NCBI GenBank assembly: GCA_965116885.1
Contig: OZ220741.1
Span: 1,696,001 to 1,760,000 of the forward strand
Source of the DNA: Candidatus Latescibacterota bacterium
Lineage (GTDB): Bacteria; Latescibacterota; UBA2968
Length of the DNA stretch: 64,000 nt
Reading direction: 5' to 3'
The position numbers and the translations under genes are program-made. Below the pieces are notes generated by a model, which had not been told where the DNA came from, did no database searches, and was given only the letters and a program-made list of their open reading frames with translations. Positions 9,567-20,322 of this stretch are shown piece after piece (the stretch's first letter is position 1; each line of letters begins with the position of its first letter).

Positions 9567-11032
9567 GGCATGGCCTCTCCGATCATGAGCAACAGGTTCA
9601 GTACAGGGTCGGGATAGATATAGAGTACCAGGCAGCCGATGGCTGTAAATGATAAGGGGAGCACACAGGCAAGCGGTGCTTCGTACAGGCCGTCTGCGTG
9701 ATGGTCATCGGTTGCGGATGCAAAAAATGCATAGATGGGAATTGGCAACAAATAGAGGACGTTGAGTAGGGAACTGATGAGCAATACGCCTGCCGCGACG
9801 TAGCGATGGGCTTCAATAGAAGCCAGGACCAGATACCACTTGCTCCACGCGCCTGCAAAAGGCGGAATTCCGATAATGCTCAACGCACCGATCAAAAAGG
9901 CGAACATGGTAAATGGCATCTGCCGTCCAATGCCTTTCATGTCGCTGATTTCTGTTTTGTGCAAAGCCACCAGGATGGCTCCGGCACAGAAGAACAGGGT
10001 GATTTTGCCAAAGGCATGCGTTACGATGTGCATGCTGCCGCCCAGTACACCCAAATCATTTGCAAGCGATGCTCCCAGCACGATGTAGGATAACTGGCTG
10101 ATTGTGGAATACGCCAGTCGCGCTTTCAAGTTGTCTTTTGTCATCGCTACCAGCGATCCCACCAGAATGGTGAAGCCCGCGATGTAGGTCAGCCATTCGC
10201 TGAGACCCGCACCCGAAAGCAGATCTGTGCCAAAGAGGTAGATCACCACTTTCATTATTGTGAATACGCCGGCTTTTACCACGGCTACTGCATGCAATAA
10301 TGCACTGACAGGCGTGGGTGCGACCATTGCTGCGGGCAACCATCGGTGGAATGGCATTAACGCCGCTTTTCCGGTTCCAAAGGCATAGAGACCGAGGAGG
10401 ACGATTACAATGCCTTCGCTCGCTTTGCCGGTTAGAATGCCGCCCGGTGTAAATTCCAGCGTGCCGGTCAATTGCCAGGTCCACACCATGCCCAGCAACA
10501 AGAATCCCACGGAAGTACTCATCAAAATGCCCATGTAAATGCGCCCGGCGCGCATGGCTTCTTCACTGCGATGGTGCGTTACAAGTGGATATGTCGATAG
10601 GGTCAAGACCTCGTAAAATATGAACAGGGTAAACATGTTGCGGGCAAATGCCACGCCCAGAGCAGCCGAGATCGCAAATGCGAAGAATACAAAAAATCGC
10701 GTCTGATTTTCTTCGTGATGCCCGCGCATGTACCCGATGGCATAGATCGTGGTGACAATCCACAAACCCGACGCGATGAGGGCAAATATCATGCCCAATG
10801 GCTCTATCTGAAATGCCAGTGATAGGCCCGGCATTACGTCTATGATATGCGCGGCGGGCTGTGCGCCGTCCATCACCGAAGGCAAAAGTGAGACTACAGT
10901 GCCAAAGGTCAATACAGCCGTAATCAACGTGATTGTTTCACGCACATTGGGGCTGCGCGAGGTCAGTGCAATAAAGGGCATGCCCAGAAGCGGTAACGCG
11001 ATGGATACGAGTATGGCGGTTGATCCACTCAC
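9563..11032 (-). CDS. mrpD: Mrp/Mnh antiporter subunit D-like (second copy)
   Basis: FYEVLT, KAALMPFHRWLPAAMVAPTPVSALLHAVAVVKAG, LAYSTISQL; GTG start at 11032 overlaps the upstream TGA. Confidence 0.9.
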   Translation of the reverse strand: MSGSTAILVSIALPLLGMPFIALTSRSPNVRETITLITAVLTFGTVVSLLPSVMDGAQPAAHIIDVMPGLSLAFQIEPLGMIFALIASGLWIVTTIYAIGYMRGHHEENQTRFFVFFAFAISAALGVAFARNMFTLFIFYEVLTLSTYPLVTHHRSEEAMRAGRIYMGILMSTSVGFLLLGMVWTWQLTGTLEFTPGGILTGKASEGIVIVLLGLYAFGTGKAALMPFHRWLPAAMVAPTPVSALLHAVAVVKAGVFTIMKVVIYLFGTDLLSGAGLSEWLTYIAGFTILVGSLVAMTKDNLKARLAYSTISQLSYIVLGASLANDLGVLGGSMHIVTHAFGKITLFFCAGAILVALHKTEISDMKGIGRQMPFTMFAFLIGALSIIGIPPFAGAWSKWYLVLASIEAHRYVAAGVLLISSLLNVLYLLPIPIYAFFASATDDHHADGLYEAPLACVLPLSFTAIGCLVLYIYPDPVLNLLLMIGEAMP

Positions 11033-12507
11033 GGCGTTACCCCTATCAATAATTCGGCGGCGCGTTGTGCCACGTTGACGGTCAAGTCCGTTTGAATACC
11101 AAAATACACTGTCGCTCCTGTCAAAATCCACATGGAGATCTGCATCATTAACGGCGCTTCTTTTACATTGGCGTCATCATCGGCTTTCTGAAAGTAGGCC
11201 ACTTCAACGACGCGCCACACATATACTACGGCGAGCAGGGAACTGAGCAAGGCGAGCAGTGCTACGGGCCACCATCCGGCTTCCAGCGCGGCCAGGATCA
11301 AATACCACTTGCTGATAAAGCCCACGGTTAACGGCACGCCAATCAAGCTCAAACCCGCCAGTACAAAAGCCGCCATGGTCACGGGCATGCGCCGCCCAAG
11401 TCCTTTCCAGTCGGCAAGATCAGAGGATCCAAGGCGCAACACCGCGCAGCCCACGGCCAAAAATAGGGCGGCTTTCATCAGGGCGTGATTAAACAGGTGA
11501 ACAATCCCGCCCGTCAATCCGGTTACGGAAACAAAGCCGATGCCCAGCATCATATACCCGATTTGAGCCACGCTGGAATAGGCCAATAATCGCTTTATAT
11601 TTGTCTGGTAAATGGCGGATAGAGATGCCACGTAAATCCCGATGAGGGATAGGGGGATTAAAAAGGCATCGAGGTTGAGTTTTTCAAATACAAATTCGGT
11701 ACCCCATACGGTAAATGTGAACCTCAGAAACACGTAGATGGATACTTTTGTCGCTGTTGCTGCCAGGAAAGCCGTGATCAGAGAGGGCGCGTAACAATAG
11801 GCATTGGGCAACCACATGTGCATGGGGAACATCGCCAGTTTGATCAACATGCCCACGGTTAAGAAGGCGAATGCGACCATTGCGGTGCGCGTTTCAAACA
11901 TGGCGGGCAAGCGCTGGGATAGATCAAACATATTTAGCGTGCCGGTCATCATGTACATCAGTCCGATGCCGATGACAATAAATGTGGCTCCCAATGTGCC
12001 CATGATTAAATATTGATAAGACGCGGTCAGTGCGCGCCGGTCACGTCCCATGGCAATCAGGGTATAGGACGATAGCGATGAAATTTCCAAAAATACAAAG
12101 ACGTTAAACGCATCGCCCGTGATTGTAATGCCCATCAATCCGGTGAGACACAGCAGATAAGCTGTATAAAACAAATAATGCTGCTTACTGGAAATTTCAT
12201 CGGTCACGCTCGGCAGTGCAAAAAACATCAGCACGGCGGCGATGATCGAAACCAGTAGCAGCACAAAAGCATTGATTGTATCGACGCGATATTCGATGCC
12301 CCAGGGGGCAATCCATCCGCCTATTGCATACGAGATCACGCCTTCTTCAAGCACGCGCATGAGCAGCATAGATGCCAAGCCCAAAGAGGCGACACACACG
12401 AGAGATGCAAAAGCCCACACCAGCGTTTTTTGTCGCAATAACACACATAAGGGGGCCGATACAAGGGGTACGACGATCAACAATATGGGCAGATGCATAT
12501 CAATCAT
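11029..12507 (-). CDS. mrpD: Mrp/Mnh antiporter subunit D
   Basis: PWGIEYRVD, DAFNVFVFLEI, KLAMFPMHMWLPNAY, LLAYSSVAQIGY. Confidence 0.92.
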   Translation of the reverse strand: MIDMHLPILLIVVPLVSAPLCVLLRQKTLVWAFASLVCVASLGLASMLLMRVLEEGVISYAIGGWIAPWGIEYRVDTINAFVLLLVSIIAAVLMFFALPSVTDEISSKQHYLFYTAYLLCLTGLMGITITGDAFNVFVFLEISSLSSYTLIAMGRDRRALTASYQYLIMGTLGATFIVIGIGLMYMMTGTLNMFDLSQRLPAMFETRTAMVAFAFLTVGMLIKLAMFPMHMWLPNAYCYAPSLITAFLAATATKVSIYVFLRFTFTVWGTEFVFEKLNLDAFLIPLSLIGIYVASLSAIYQTNIKRLLAYSSVAQIGYMMLGIGFVSVTGLTGGIVHLFNHALMKAALFLAVGCAVLRLGSSDLADWKGLGRRMPVTMAAFVLAGLSLIGVPLTVGFISKWYLILAALEAGWWPVALLALLSSLLAVVYVWRVVEVAYFQKADDDANVKEAPLMMQISMWILTGATVYFGIQTDLTVNVAQRAAELLIGVTP

Positions 12508-12856
12508 TCACGCGGTCCCGTTCTATAATTTCATCTTCCTCAATTGTATCATAAGCTTCTCCAATTCGCACGACGAGTGCCAATCCCAGGGAGAGGGTTG
12601 CGATGCCTACGACAATTGCCGTCAGGATGAGTACATGGGGCAATGGGTTGGAATACGCTTCAATACCTTCACCCAGAATGGGCGCAGTGCCGCCGCTGAC
12701 TTTTCCTATGCTGATATAGAGCAAGAAAACCGAAACCTGGAAGATACTCAGGCCAATCAATTTTTTGACGAGATTGGGGCGCGCAATTGCGGTGTACAAT
12801 CCAATCATCATCAAGACCATACAGGCCCAGTAGTTGAACAATCCGACAGAGATCAT
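12500..12856 (-). CDS. mrpC: Mrp/Mnh antiporter subunit C
   Basis: NLVKKLIGL and NPLPHVLILTAIVVG. Confidence 0.93.
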   Translation of the reverse strand: MISVGLFNYWACMVLMMIGLYTAIARPNLVKKLIGLSIFQVSVFLLYISIGKVSGGTAPILGEGIEAYSNPLPHVLILTAIVVGIATLSLGLALVVRIGEAYDTIEEDEIIERDRVND

Positions 12857-13278
12857 CGCAGTCGCCTCCGACCTGCAAATGAAAAAAAGATGGCTATCAT
12901 TACTGCGGCTACGGTAATACCCACGCCGAGTTCGACCAGGAAGATGCCCAGGTGTTGTCCGTGCGGTGGGTCGGCCGGATCCAGAGCAGTATAATTCAGG
13001 AAGTTGTAACCGAGAAATAGGGAGACCAATCCCGTGCCCGCATAGAGCAAGACGCCGAGTGCGACGAGCGTTTCAATGACCCGGGGTTTTACAATTTGTT
13101 TTGCGGCTTGTAGGCCAAAAATGAGCGTGTAGAGCACCACTGCCGCGGCAAAAATCACACCGGCTTGAAACCCGCCTCCGGGTCCGAAGTCGCCGTGAAA
13201 TTGCACGTAGAGCGCGAATAACAGTATCGGCGGAATTAACCACTTGCCCACTACGCGGGGAATACTCTGATGTCTCAT
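12853..13278 (-). CDS. mrpB: Mrp/Mnh antiporter subunit B
   Basis: HGDFGPGGGFQAG and ELGVGITV motifs. Confidence 0.92.
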   Translation of the reverse strand: MRHQSIPRVVGKWLIPPILLFALYVQFHGDFGPGGGFQAGVIFAAAVVLYTLIFGLQAAKQIVKPRVIETLVALGVLLYAGTGLVSLFLGYNFLNYTALDPADPPHGQHLGIFLVELGVGITVAAVMIAIFFSFAGRRRLR

Positions 13279-13820
13279 TGCTCGTCCTCCTTGCGCCAGA
13301 TATGTCCCAGGAGCAATATTACGCCGATACCAGCCGTAAAAATCACGGCTACTTCACCCAGTGTATCGTATCCCCGGTAGCTCGCCAATACCGATGTTAC
13401 AATATTGGGGATTCCCATTTCTTCTCCCGATTTTTCAATATAGCGATTGGCAACGTGTGTGTGAACGGGCGCATTGGGGTCGCCGAACATCGGCATGTCC
13501 AGTGTGCCGTAAATAAGCGCGCTACCCGTAATGAGTACGACGAGTAGTGCCAATGCATTATTTTTTTGAGCAACTTTTTCTGCGCGCGTCGTCAATGATA
13601 ATGTGCCCAGGAGGAGCACGGTTGACACACCGGCTCCGACAGCCGCTTCGGTAAATGCGACATCGACGGCGTCGAGCAATGTAAATACGATAGCCGCGAG
13701 AAAGCTGAATATGCCCATCATCATTGCGGCCATAAACAAATTGTGCATTCGGGATACCGCAATCGCGAGTACGATCATAAAAGACAGCAGGGCGATGTCC
13801 AGTATTTCAGTCATGCTCAT
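13275..13820 (-). CDS. DUF4040/MnhB-related subunit (split-off C-terminal part of MrpA)
   Basis: AVDVAFTEAAVGAG and NIVTSVLASYRGYDTLGE motifs; start moved to MSMTEILD. Confidence 0.88.
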   Translation of the reverse strand: MSMTEILDIALLSFMIVLAIAVSRMHNLFMAAMMMGIFSFLAAIVFTLLDAVDVAFTEAAVGAGVSTVLLLGTLSLTTRAEKVAQKNNALALLVVLITGSALIYGTLDMPMFGDPNAPVHTHVANRYIEKSGEEMGIPNIVTSVLASYRGYDTLGEVAVIFTAGIGVILLLGHIWRKEDEQ

Positions 13821-14139
13821 TTTTCCCTTTGTTGTCGGGGTCGTCAACAAAAGGCTTGAGGCCCGACGTAAATGCCGCTTTGCCTACCGCGTGGGTCGAT
13901 GTGGGGCTGGTGATGAGCAATATCACCAGAATCATCACCAGTTTTACTGTGACCGTTGTCAGACCGCCCTGAAACATCAGCCCCAGCAGGACGAGGCCCG
14001 CCCCCAGTGTGTCGGTAACACCACCGCCGTGCATGCGGCTGTAAAAATCGGGTAAGCGCAAGAGCCCCAGGCCGCCTATCATGCACAGAATACATCCCGG
14101 GATAAGGCAAATCCAGCTCAATATATCGACAATCGTCAT
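13807..14139 (-). CDS. mrpG: Mrp/Mnh antiporter subunit G
   Basis: GLLRLPDFYSRMH, DTLG, TSPTSTHA. Confidence 0.92.
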   Translation of the reverse strand: MTIVDILSWICLIPGCILCMIGGLGLLRLPDFYSRMHGGGVTDTLGAGLVLLGLMFQGGLTTVTVKLVMILVILLITSPTSTHAVGKAAFTSGLKPFVDDPDNKGKNEHD

Positions 14140-14426
14140 GGTGTTTGGGTCCTGTTTTGTTCTTCCGGATCGGCACCCAGGTCATTATAGGTCACAAATT
14201 TTAGAACGGCCAATGTGCCGATAAAGTTGATCAATACATAAATAAGGGCGAGGTCCAGAAAGTCGGGTCGGTCAGTTAAAAATCCGAGTACAGCAATAAA
14301 TAATACGGTTTTGGTGCCAAACATATTTACCGATAGGATGCGATCGTACACAGTTGGCCCCAATAGGGCGCGGCAAAGTGCCAGTGCCATGGTGACCAAT
14401 ATGCCGATCATTGCCGCAATAAACAT
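14136..14426 (-). CDS. mrpF: Mrp/Mnh antiporter subunit F
   Basis: GPTVYDRI and LDLALIYVLINFIGT. Confidence 0.92.
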   Translation of the reverse strand: MFIAAMIGILVTMALALCRALLGPTVYDRILSVNMFGTKTVLFIAVLGFLTDRPDFLDLALIYVLINFIGTLAVLKFVTYNDLGADPEEQNRTQTP

Positions 14427-14427
14427 C

Positions 14428-14907
14428 TCATTGCTCCAGTGCCGTCGTCACGCGGCGGTCCATATCGCCGCTCTGTACATCGTCAGCGGCTTCTTTTGTC
14501 AGGGCATGTACCACAATATCTTCTTCGTCCAGGTCGAGTGACACAGTGCCGGGGGTCAGGGTTATTGAATTGGCAAAAATGACGCGACAGAGATCGGTTT
14601 TTTGCGTTCCCGTTACACGCACGATGCGCGGGGCAATGGGCAATCTGGGATTCAAAATGCGTTTTGCCACGTCGATATTCGCTTTGATAATGGCCCAGGC
14701 CAGCCACGGAATATACACAATCAGGTGTCGGGCCAGATTAATCTGGATCCCTTCTTCATCTACAATAGATAGACGTCCCGCCAGATAAACGACAAAAGCG
14801 CAGGACAATATACCCATGGTGAGGACCAGCGCGTGTTCAAGCGTATAATGTCCAGACCAGAGTAGCCAGAGGATAAATGACAAAACGAAAAAAAAGATGT
14901 ATCGCAT
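14428..14907 (-). CDS. mrpE: Mrp/Mnh antiporter subunit E
   Basis: ANIDVA, ANSITLTPGT, VHAL; start at MRYIFF after GAGGT. Confidence 0.92.
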   Translation of the reverse strand: MRYIFFFVLSFILWLLWSGHYTLEHALVLTMGILSCAFVVYLAGRLSIVDEEGIQINLARHLIVYIPWLAWAIIKANIDVAKRILNPRLPIAPRIVRVTGTQKTDLCRVIFANSITLTPGTVSLDLDEEDIVVHALTKEAADDVQSGDMDRRVTTALEQ

Positions 14908-15135
14908 ATAAACCTCGGATGAAAGCATGGGGGCGGTTCCTATGCCGTCCTCAGAGTCAGCCTACCGAAAAGGCACAAAAAACCCATTCGTTCGCCCGAA
15001 TAGAGTGGATGTGCGAACTATTCTATTTAATATTTTTCAACGCAAAAAATCAAGCGAAATATCTCATCGCGTCTTATCTTGTAGGCGGGTTATTTATTAT
15101 TGAGCAACTGCTTAATTAATAGAAAGGTACAGTCG

Positions 15136-15435
15136 GTGTCAACTATTCTGATCGCATATCTGTTTACAGCACTTATTTTTGGATTTTTTCTCTATTATTT
15201 TGTTTGGCGAAATCGCTATGTGACGCAGATTCGCCTATCTGTTTACAAAGTTGAAGGGCGGGTTGTGAGTATTGAGCGCGTGGTGAGAGAGATTCAGGTG
15301 AATGAGCATCGGGATCTGCTGGCATTAAAACGCATTGAGTGGAAGGTTATTTACAAAGACCGGGATGACAATCTCTGCGAGACCCGCTGCCGCGTTCAAG
15401 GAGGACAACTCGACTGGCATCCTCCGTTGAGGTGA
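15136..15435 (+). CDS. Small hypothetical membrane-anchored protein
   Basis: N-terminal TM helix followed by a soluble beta-rich segment; GTG start assumed; no family recognised. Confidence 0.5.
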   Translation: MSTILIAYLFTALIFGFFLYYFVWRNRYVTQIRLSVYKVEGRVVSIERVVREIQVNEHRDLLALKRIEWKVIYKDRDDNLCETRCRVQGGQLDWHPPLR

Positions 15436-15438
15436 CTG

Positions 15439-15663
15439 TCACACCTTTTCCGCAATGGAGACGGTGTTCTGATCTTTTTGCGCTTTTTTGCGACGTGGGC
15501 ATGTAAAGCAGGCCGAGTCTTCGTCGAGGCTCTGTTCATGGGTTTCCAGGATGTCGCCACAACAACTCTGCTGCTTTTTCTTGTACTGTGCAAATGTCAG
15601 AGCACCTGCCATGAACGCAAATGCTATGATGAGAAAGATCGTCGCTGTCAATATTGTTTCCAT
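15439..15663 (-). CDS. nqrM: NqrM-like (DUF539-type) Na+-NQR maturation protein
   Basis: Directly downstream of apbE; single N-terminal TM helix then Cys cluster SCCG...CFTC. Confidence 0.65.
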   Translation of the reverse strand: METILTATIFLIIAFAFMAGALTFAQYKKKQQSCCGDILETHEQSLDEDSACFTCPRRKKAQKDQNTVSIAEKV

Positions 15664-15673
15664 GTTAGAGTCC

Positions 15674-16678
15674 TTATTTGAGCAATGTCTCAAAATTAGA
15701 CGTCATTTTTTCCACGAATCCATCCCCCTGTCGTACAATCATAAATACGGCGAGATTGTGTTTTTCTGCATAAGCAAATCCCGTTTCCGGTCCCATTACA
15801 TTGATCGCCGTGGCCAGTCCATCGGCGTAGGCGCAGCTTTTGTGTAGTACTGTTACGGAGGCCAGGGCGTGTGTTATCGGTCGTCCGGTGCGCGGGTCGA
15901 TGGTGTGGGAATACCGTATGCCGTCGCGTTCAAAATAGTTGTGGTAATCGCCCGATGTCGCCATGGACATGTTGTTCAGGACGAGTGCTTTTTGTAGTTC
16001 GCCCTGTCCCGCGGGGCTGGCAATGCCAATTCGCCAGAGTTGTCTCAGGTGATTGTGTCCCTTTGTCCGCAGTTCGCCACCGATTTCGATAAAATAGCGA
16101 TTGATGCCCAAACTGTCCAGATAACTCGCTATGCGATCTACGCCAAATCCCTTGGCGATTGCGGATAAGTCGCAATAGATTTCGGGTCGTTCTTTTTTTA
16201 TGGTGGGAACGGATAAGTCAATGTGAATTTTTTCATAGCCGACCAGTGTTCTGCGAGCGTCAATTGAGTCGGGCGACGGCACGCGCTCGGGGATGGCGTT
16301 GGGTCCAAAACCCCACAGGTTGACCAGCGGCCCGATGGTGACGTCAAACGCGCCGTCGGACCAGGTGCTAATTTCATGAGCGATGTGTAAAACATAAGCA
16401 AAGTCCGATGAGACTGCAAACCAGTCTGTTGAAGGCGAGCGGTTGAATTGGGTGATTTCGGAGTTGTCCTGATAAGTGGACATCTGGCGATTGACTTCTT
16501 CCAATCGCGCATTGATTTCTCGGTCCAATACATCCGCGTCAAGAGTTTGGTCTTTTTGGACGATTTTGACCTGAAACGTCGTTCCCATCGTCGAACCGGA
16601 GATCGTTATCATCTGATCCTGACATCCGATAATAGTTGAGATCGAGATTAAAAAGAAGCAACGCCAAATTCTGTCCAT
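15674..16678 (-). CDS. apbE: FAD:protein FMN transferase ApbE (lipoprotein)
   Basis: Lipobox IIGC; TMGT, FDVTIGPLVNLWGFG, DLSAIAKG, ATSGDY, HTIDPRTG, ADGLATA; start could instead be 16711. Confidence 0.95.
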   Translation of the reverse strand: MDRIWRCFFLISISTIIGCQDQMITISGSTMGTTFQVKIVQKDQTLDADVLDREINARLEEVNRQMSTYQDNSEITQFNRSPSTDWFAVSSDFAYVLHIAHEISTWSDGAFDVTIGPLVNLWGFGPNAIPERVPSPDSIDARRTLVGYEKIHIDLSVPTIKKERPEIYCDLSAIAKGFGVDRIASYLDSLGINRYFIEIGGELRTKGHNHLRQLWRIGIASPAGQGELQKALVLNNMSMATSGDYHNYFERDGIRYSHTIDPRTGRPITHALASVTVLHKSCAYADGLATAINVMGPETGFAYAEKHNLAVFMIVRQGDGFVEKMTSNFETLLK

Positions 16679-16890
16679 TACCCCAAATGTCGTGTTGAAA
16701 AAACGCATCACTGTCTCTCTATCTCAGGCATTAGTGATTCTGAATGGGAATTGGGAATCATATAGCGATACTTATATCCTCCCTGTACGCACACTCTACC
16801 TATCGCTTCACTCCAAAATATATTTTAAAATCCGATCATACTGTAAATATAAATAATTTCAATAGTTTATACAAGTATTATTAAACTCAT

Positions 16891-17158
16891 TTGACACGGC
16901 ATTTTAATCTCTTTATATTCTCCAAAATAGCGAATAATCCAACAATTCAATAAGGAGGTTGACTGTGTTGCCCAAACCCGATTCGTAGCTGGGGTGCAAT
17001 AAAGTATTTGGTGGAGATTTTTCGGCATACAGCCTGTGTTTTTATTTTGACAACTAACGCGCACACAAGGAGGAGGGCCATGCCACCAACGAATTTATGC
17101 GGCTCCGATGAGAAGTCATACTGTGAATCACTTTTGATTGGAGCCGCTTTTTATTTTT
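16891..17158 (+). promoter_or_regulatory. Sigma70 promoter plus ~270-nt leader with uORFs and terminator upstream of the CBS gene
   Basis: TTGACA-N17-TATATT (16891-16919); GCGGCTCC...GGAGCCGC-TTTTT hairpin (17099-17152). Confidence 0.6.
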
Positions 17159-17202
17159 CTTGAACCCATGAAATTTTTCCCCTAACTCATGGAGGTATGA
17201 TC

Positions 17203-17646
17203 ATGACCATTCGAGATATTCTCGACCAAAAAGGTCGCCGCGTGATTACGATTGCCCCTGATCACACATTGGATGTGGTACTGGCTACGCTGATTCAAAA
17301 TAGCGTGGGTGCACTTGTCGTGCAGAATCGAACAGGAGATTTGCTCGGTATTATCACTGAGCGCGATCTGATGCGCGAGGTGTATAATGGCGCGGATTTG
17401 CAGGCTGCGCGCGTTGAAGATGTGATGACGCGCGATCTTGTTACAAGCCATCCGGATTCCGATATTGAATATGTGATGGCAGCAATGACCGAGGGGCGAT
17501 TCCGGCACATGCCGATTGTTGATGAGGTGGGTCGTCTCGCTGGCATTGTGTCGATTGGCGATATTGTTAAAGCCAAGTTGGAATCTGCTGAGGAAGAAGT
17601 GATGATATACAAGGATTTTGTCACGCTGGATTGGCGGGCATCGTAA
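17203..17646 (+). CDS. CBS-domain pair protein
   Basis: IRDILDQKG, GIITERD, VEDVMT, FRHMPIV, GIVSIGDIVK; GGAGG RBS. Confidence 0.93.
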   Translation: MTIRDILDQKGRRVITIAPDHTLDVVLATLIQNSVGALVVQNRTGDLLGIITERDLMREVYNGADLQAARVEDVMTRDLVTSHPDSDIEYVMAAMTEGRFRHMPIVDEVGRLAGIVSIGDIVKAKLESAEEEVMIYKDFVTLDWRAS

Positions 17647-17681
17647 CACAGGAGGTCGATGTGTCTGAAGAACTATCCGAC

Positions 17682-17722
17682 AAAAAAGTCTTCGGTTGCT
17701 GGGTGAACCGAAGACTTTTTTT
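17682..17722. terminator. Bidirectional intrinsic terminator (CBS gene / nqrF)
   Basis: AAAAAAGTCTTCGGTT-N8-AACCGAAGACTTTTTT. Confidence 0.85.
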
Positions 17723-17751
17723 ATGTGATTGATTTTAATTTTTAATTCTTA

Positions 17752-19002
17752 TTACCCGCCAAAATCGTCGAATAAGATATTCTCGGGTTCCACACCCATA
17801 TCGTCCAGCATATCCATGCATGCCACTAACATCAGTGGGGGACCGCAGATATAATATTCACAGTCTTCAGGAGCCGGATGATCTTTCAAATATTCATCGT
17901 AGAGTACCTGGTGAATAAATCCGGTCAAGCCCGTCCAGTTGTCTTCCGGCATGGGGTCGGATAATGCCACATGCCATGTAAAGTTGTCGAAATCGCGCTG
18001 CAATCCGTCGAAGTCATCGACGTAGAACATTTCATTCAGGCTGCGCGCACCATACCAGAAGGTTACTTTGCGGTCTGTGCCAATGCGTTTGAATTGATCG
18101 AAGATGTGCGACCGCATCGGCGCCATGCCAGCGCCGCCACCGATGAAGATCATTTCGGCATCGGTTTCTTTGGCAAAGAACTCGCCGTAGGGTCCGGAAA
18201 TGGTTACGTCATCGCCCGGCTTTAGATCAAAAGTCCACGACGACATTTTGCCCGGGGGAATACCCGTTGTGCCCGGCGGGGGGGACGCCACGCGGATGTT
18301 GAGCATGATGATCCCTTTTTCTTCGGGATAATTCGCCATTGAGTACGCGCGAAAGACGGGTTCATCTACTACCGAGACATTGTCCCATACATTGAAATGA
18401 TCCCAGGTGCTTCTAAAGCGGTCTTCCCCATCGGCGGCTTTGATGTCGAAGTCGCGGTAGTCAACGGTGTGGGGTGGGCATTCGATTTGGATAAAACCAC
18501 CGGCGCGGAACCCGACATCTTCTCCTGGCGGCAGTTCGAGAACGAGTTCTTTGATGAATGTGGCGACATTGTAATTCGAGATTACTTTGCAGTCCCATTT
18601 TTTGATGCTAAATACTTCGGCAGGGACTTCGATATCCATATCGCCCTTCACCGTGACCTGGCACGAAAGCCGACACCCTTCCCGCGCTTCTTTGCGGTTG
18701 ATGTGCGATAGTTCGGTGGATAAGATATCGCCGCCGCCTTCGTTGATCGTCACTTTGCACTGCCCACAGGTGCCGCCTCCGCCGCATGCGGAGGATACAA
18801 AAATTCTATTATCGGCCAATGTGTTGAGCAATTTGCTGCCTATGGGAACAGAAACGCTGTGGTCGGGATCGTCGTTGATGGTGATGTGAGCCTGTCCTGC
18901 GGCAACCAGCCGAGATCTGGCAATGAGAATAATCGCTACCAGCATCAGTACAATGGTGGTAAACATCCCTACACCGAGTAAAATTAGCCTTACGTCTTCC
19001 AT
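17752..19002 (-). CDS. nqrF: Na+-translocating NADH:quinone reductase subunit F
   Basis: [12 protein letters not shown] 2Fe-2S motif, [24 protein letters not shown]-terminal DDFGG; start moved to MEDVRL. Confidence 0.97.
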   Translation of the reverse strand: MEDVRLILLGVGMFTTIVLMLVAIILIARSRLVAAGQAHITINDDPDHSVSVPIGSKLLNTLADNRIFVSSACGGGGTCGQCKVTINEGGGDILSTELSHINRKEAREGCRLSCQVTVKGDMDIEVPAEVFSIKKWDCKVISNYNVATFIKELVLELPPGEDVGFRAGGFIQIECPPHTVDYRDFDIKAADGEDRFRSTWDHFNVWDNVSVVDEPVFRAYSMANYPEEKGIIMLNIRVASPPPGTTGIPPGKMSSWTFDLKPGDDVTISGPYGEFFAKETDAEMIFIGGGAGMAPMRSHIFDQFKRIGTDRKVTFWYGARSLNEMFYVDDFDGLQRDFDNFTWHVALSDPMPEDNWTGLTGFIHQVLYDEYLKDHPAPEDCEYYICGPPLMLVACMDMLDDMGVEPENILFDDFGG

Positions 19003-19025
19003 ATTATCTCCACGCTTGCCTGGAT

Positions 19026-19637
19026 CTAAAGTTGAATCCCCGAAAAGAGCATAAATGCCATTGCCATTAAGCCCACGGTCATAAACGTAATGCCCAGCCC
19101 GCGCAATGCAGGTGGCACGTTGCTGTATTTCATTTTTTCTCGTATGCCCGCCAGCCCGACAATGGCGAGCGCCCAACCCGTGCCGCTGCCCAGCCCAAAG
19201 ACGACGCTTTCTGAAAAATTAAAGTCGCGTTCGACCATGAGCAGGGAACCGCCTAAGATCGCGCAGTTCACTGTGATCAGAGGCAAGAATATGCCCAGGG
19301 CGTTGTATAGAGAGGGCACGTATTTGTCCAGTACCATTTCCAAAATTTGAATCATCGCGGCGATTACGCCGATATATGTGACCAGGCCCAAAAATGTGAG
19401 ATCTACGTTTGGCAAACCCGCCCAGGCGAGCGCGCCTTCGGTCAGGACATGGGTAAAAATTAAATTGTTGATCGGCACTGTAATTGTCTGCACCACAATC
19501 ACCGCAATGCCCAGGCCCACAGCGGTTGTCACCTGTTTGGAGACAGCGAGATATGTACACATGCCCAGGAAGAAAGCGAGGGCCATATTTTCGACAAAAA
19601 CGGCTTTGACAAATAAGCTGATATAGTGTTCGGCCAT
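19026..19637 (-). CDS. nqrE: Na+-NQR subunit E
   Basis: [12 protein letters not shown] and [11 protein letters not shown]; start moved to MAEHY. Confidence 0.97.
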   Translation of the reverse strand: MAEHYISLFVKAVFVENMALAFFLGMCTYLAVSKQVTTAVGLGIAVIVVQTITVPINNLIFTHVLTEGALAWAGLPNVDLTFLGLVTYIGVIAAMIQILEMVLDKYVPSLYNALGIFLPLITVNCAILGGSLLMVERDFNFSESVVFGLGSGTGWALAIVGLAGIREKMKYSNVPPALRGLGITFMTVGLMAMAFMLFSGIQL

Positions 19638-19638
19638 T

Positions 19639-20322
19639 TTAATCCTCTTCCACTTGCTCGGGTTTCCACGCTCGCACAACCCAGATGAAGAACCCGATTA
19701 AGAAAAACGCACTCGGCGATAATAACATCAAGCCGTTGGGCATGTACCAGCCGCCTTCGGTAATGAGTGGCAAAATGTCAACGCCCAGAAGTTTACCCGA
19801 TCCCAAAAGTTCGCGGAAAAACCCCACCACAATTAAGATGGTACTGTAACCCAATCCATTTCCCAGGCCATCTAATAAGCTGTGCGTGGGGGGATTTTTC
19901 ATTGCAAATCCTTCGGCGCGTCCCATGATGATGCAGTTGGTAATGATCAGTCCGACAAAGATCGACAATTGCTTGGATATGTTGTAAGCAAATGCCTGAA
20001 TAGCCTGGTCGGCGATAATCACAAGCGAGGCAATAATGGTCATTTGTACGATGATGCGGACGCTGGACGGGATGTGATTTCTGATCAGGCTTACCGATAT
20101 ATTGGAAAGCGTGATAACAAAAATGACCGCCAAAGACATGACAATTGAGGTTTCCAGCTTTGTGGTCACCGCGAGTGCCGAACACACGCCCAATACCTGA
20201 CGCCCGATGGGGTTGTCATCAAAGATGGGCGTCCATATCAGGCTTTTGGCTTCTTTCGCCGTCAATGACGGTGATGGTGGCACTTCTGGCGCTTGTTCTT
20301 CCCGTTCGATTACTTCAGCCAC
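19639..20322 (-). CDS. nqrD: Na+-NQR subunit D
   Basis: [12 protein letters not shown] and [17 protein letters not shown] start after AAGGAGG. Confidence 0.97.
   Translation of the reverse strand: MAEVIEREEQAPEVPPSPSLTAKEAKSLIWTPIFDDNPIGRQVLGVCSALAVTTKLETSIVMSLAVIFVITLSNISVSLIRNHIPSSVRIIVQMTIIASLVIIADQAIQAFAYNISKQLSIFVGLIITNCIIMGRAEGFAMKNPPTHSLLDGLGNGLGYSTILIVVGFFRELLGSGKLLGVDILPLITEGGWYMPNGLMLLSPSAFFLIGFFIWVVRAWKPEQVEED

Noticed and set aside
17650..17735. GGAGG followed by a short ORF after the CBS gene
   Set aside because: Runs straight into the terminator; at most a gene remnant.
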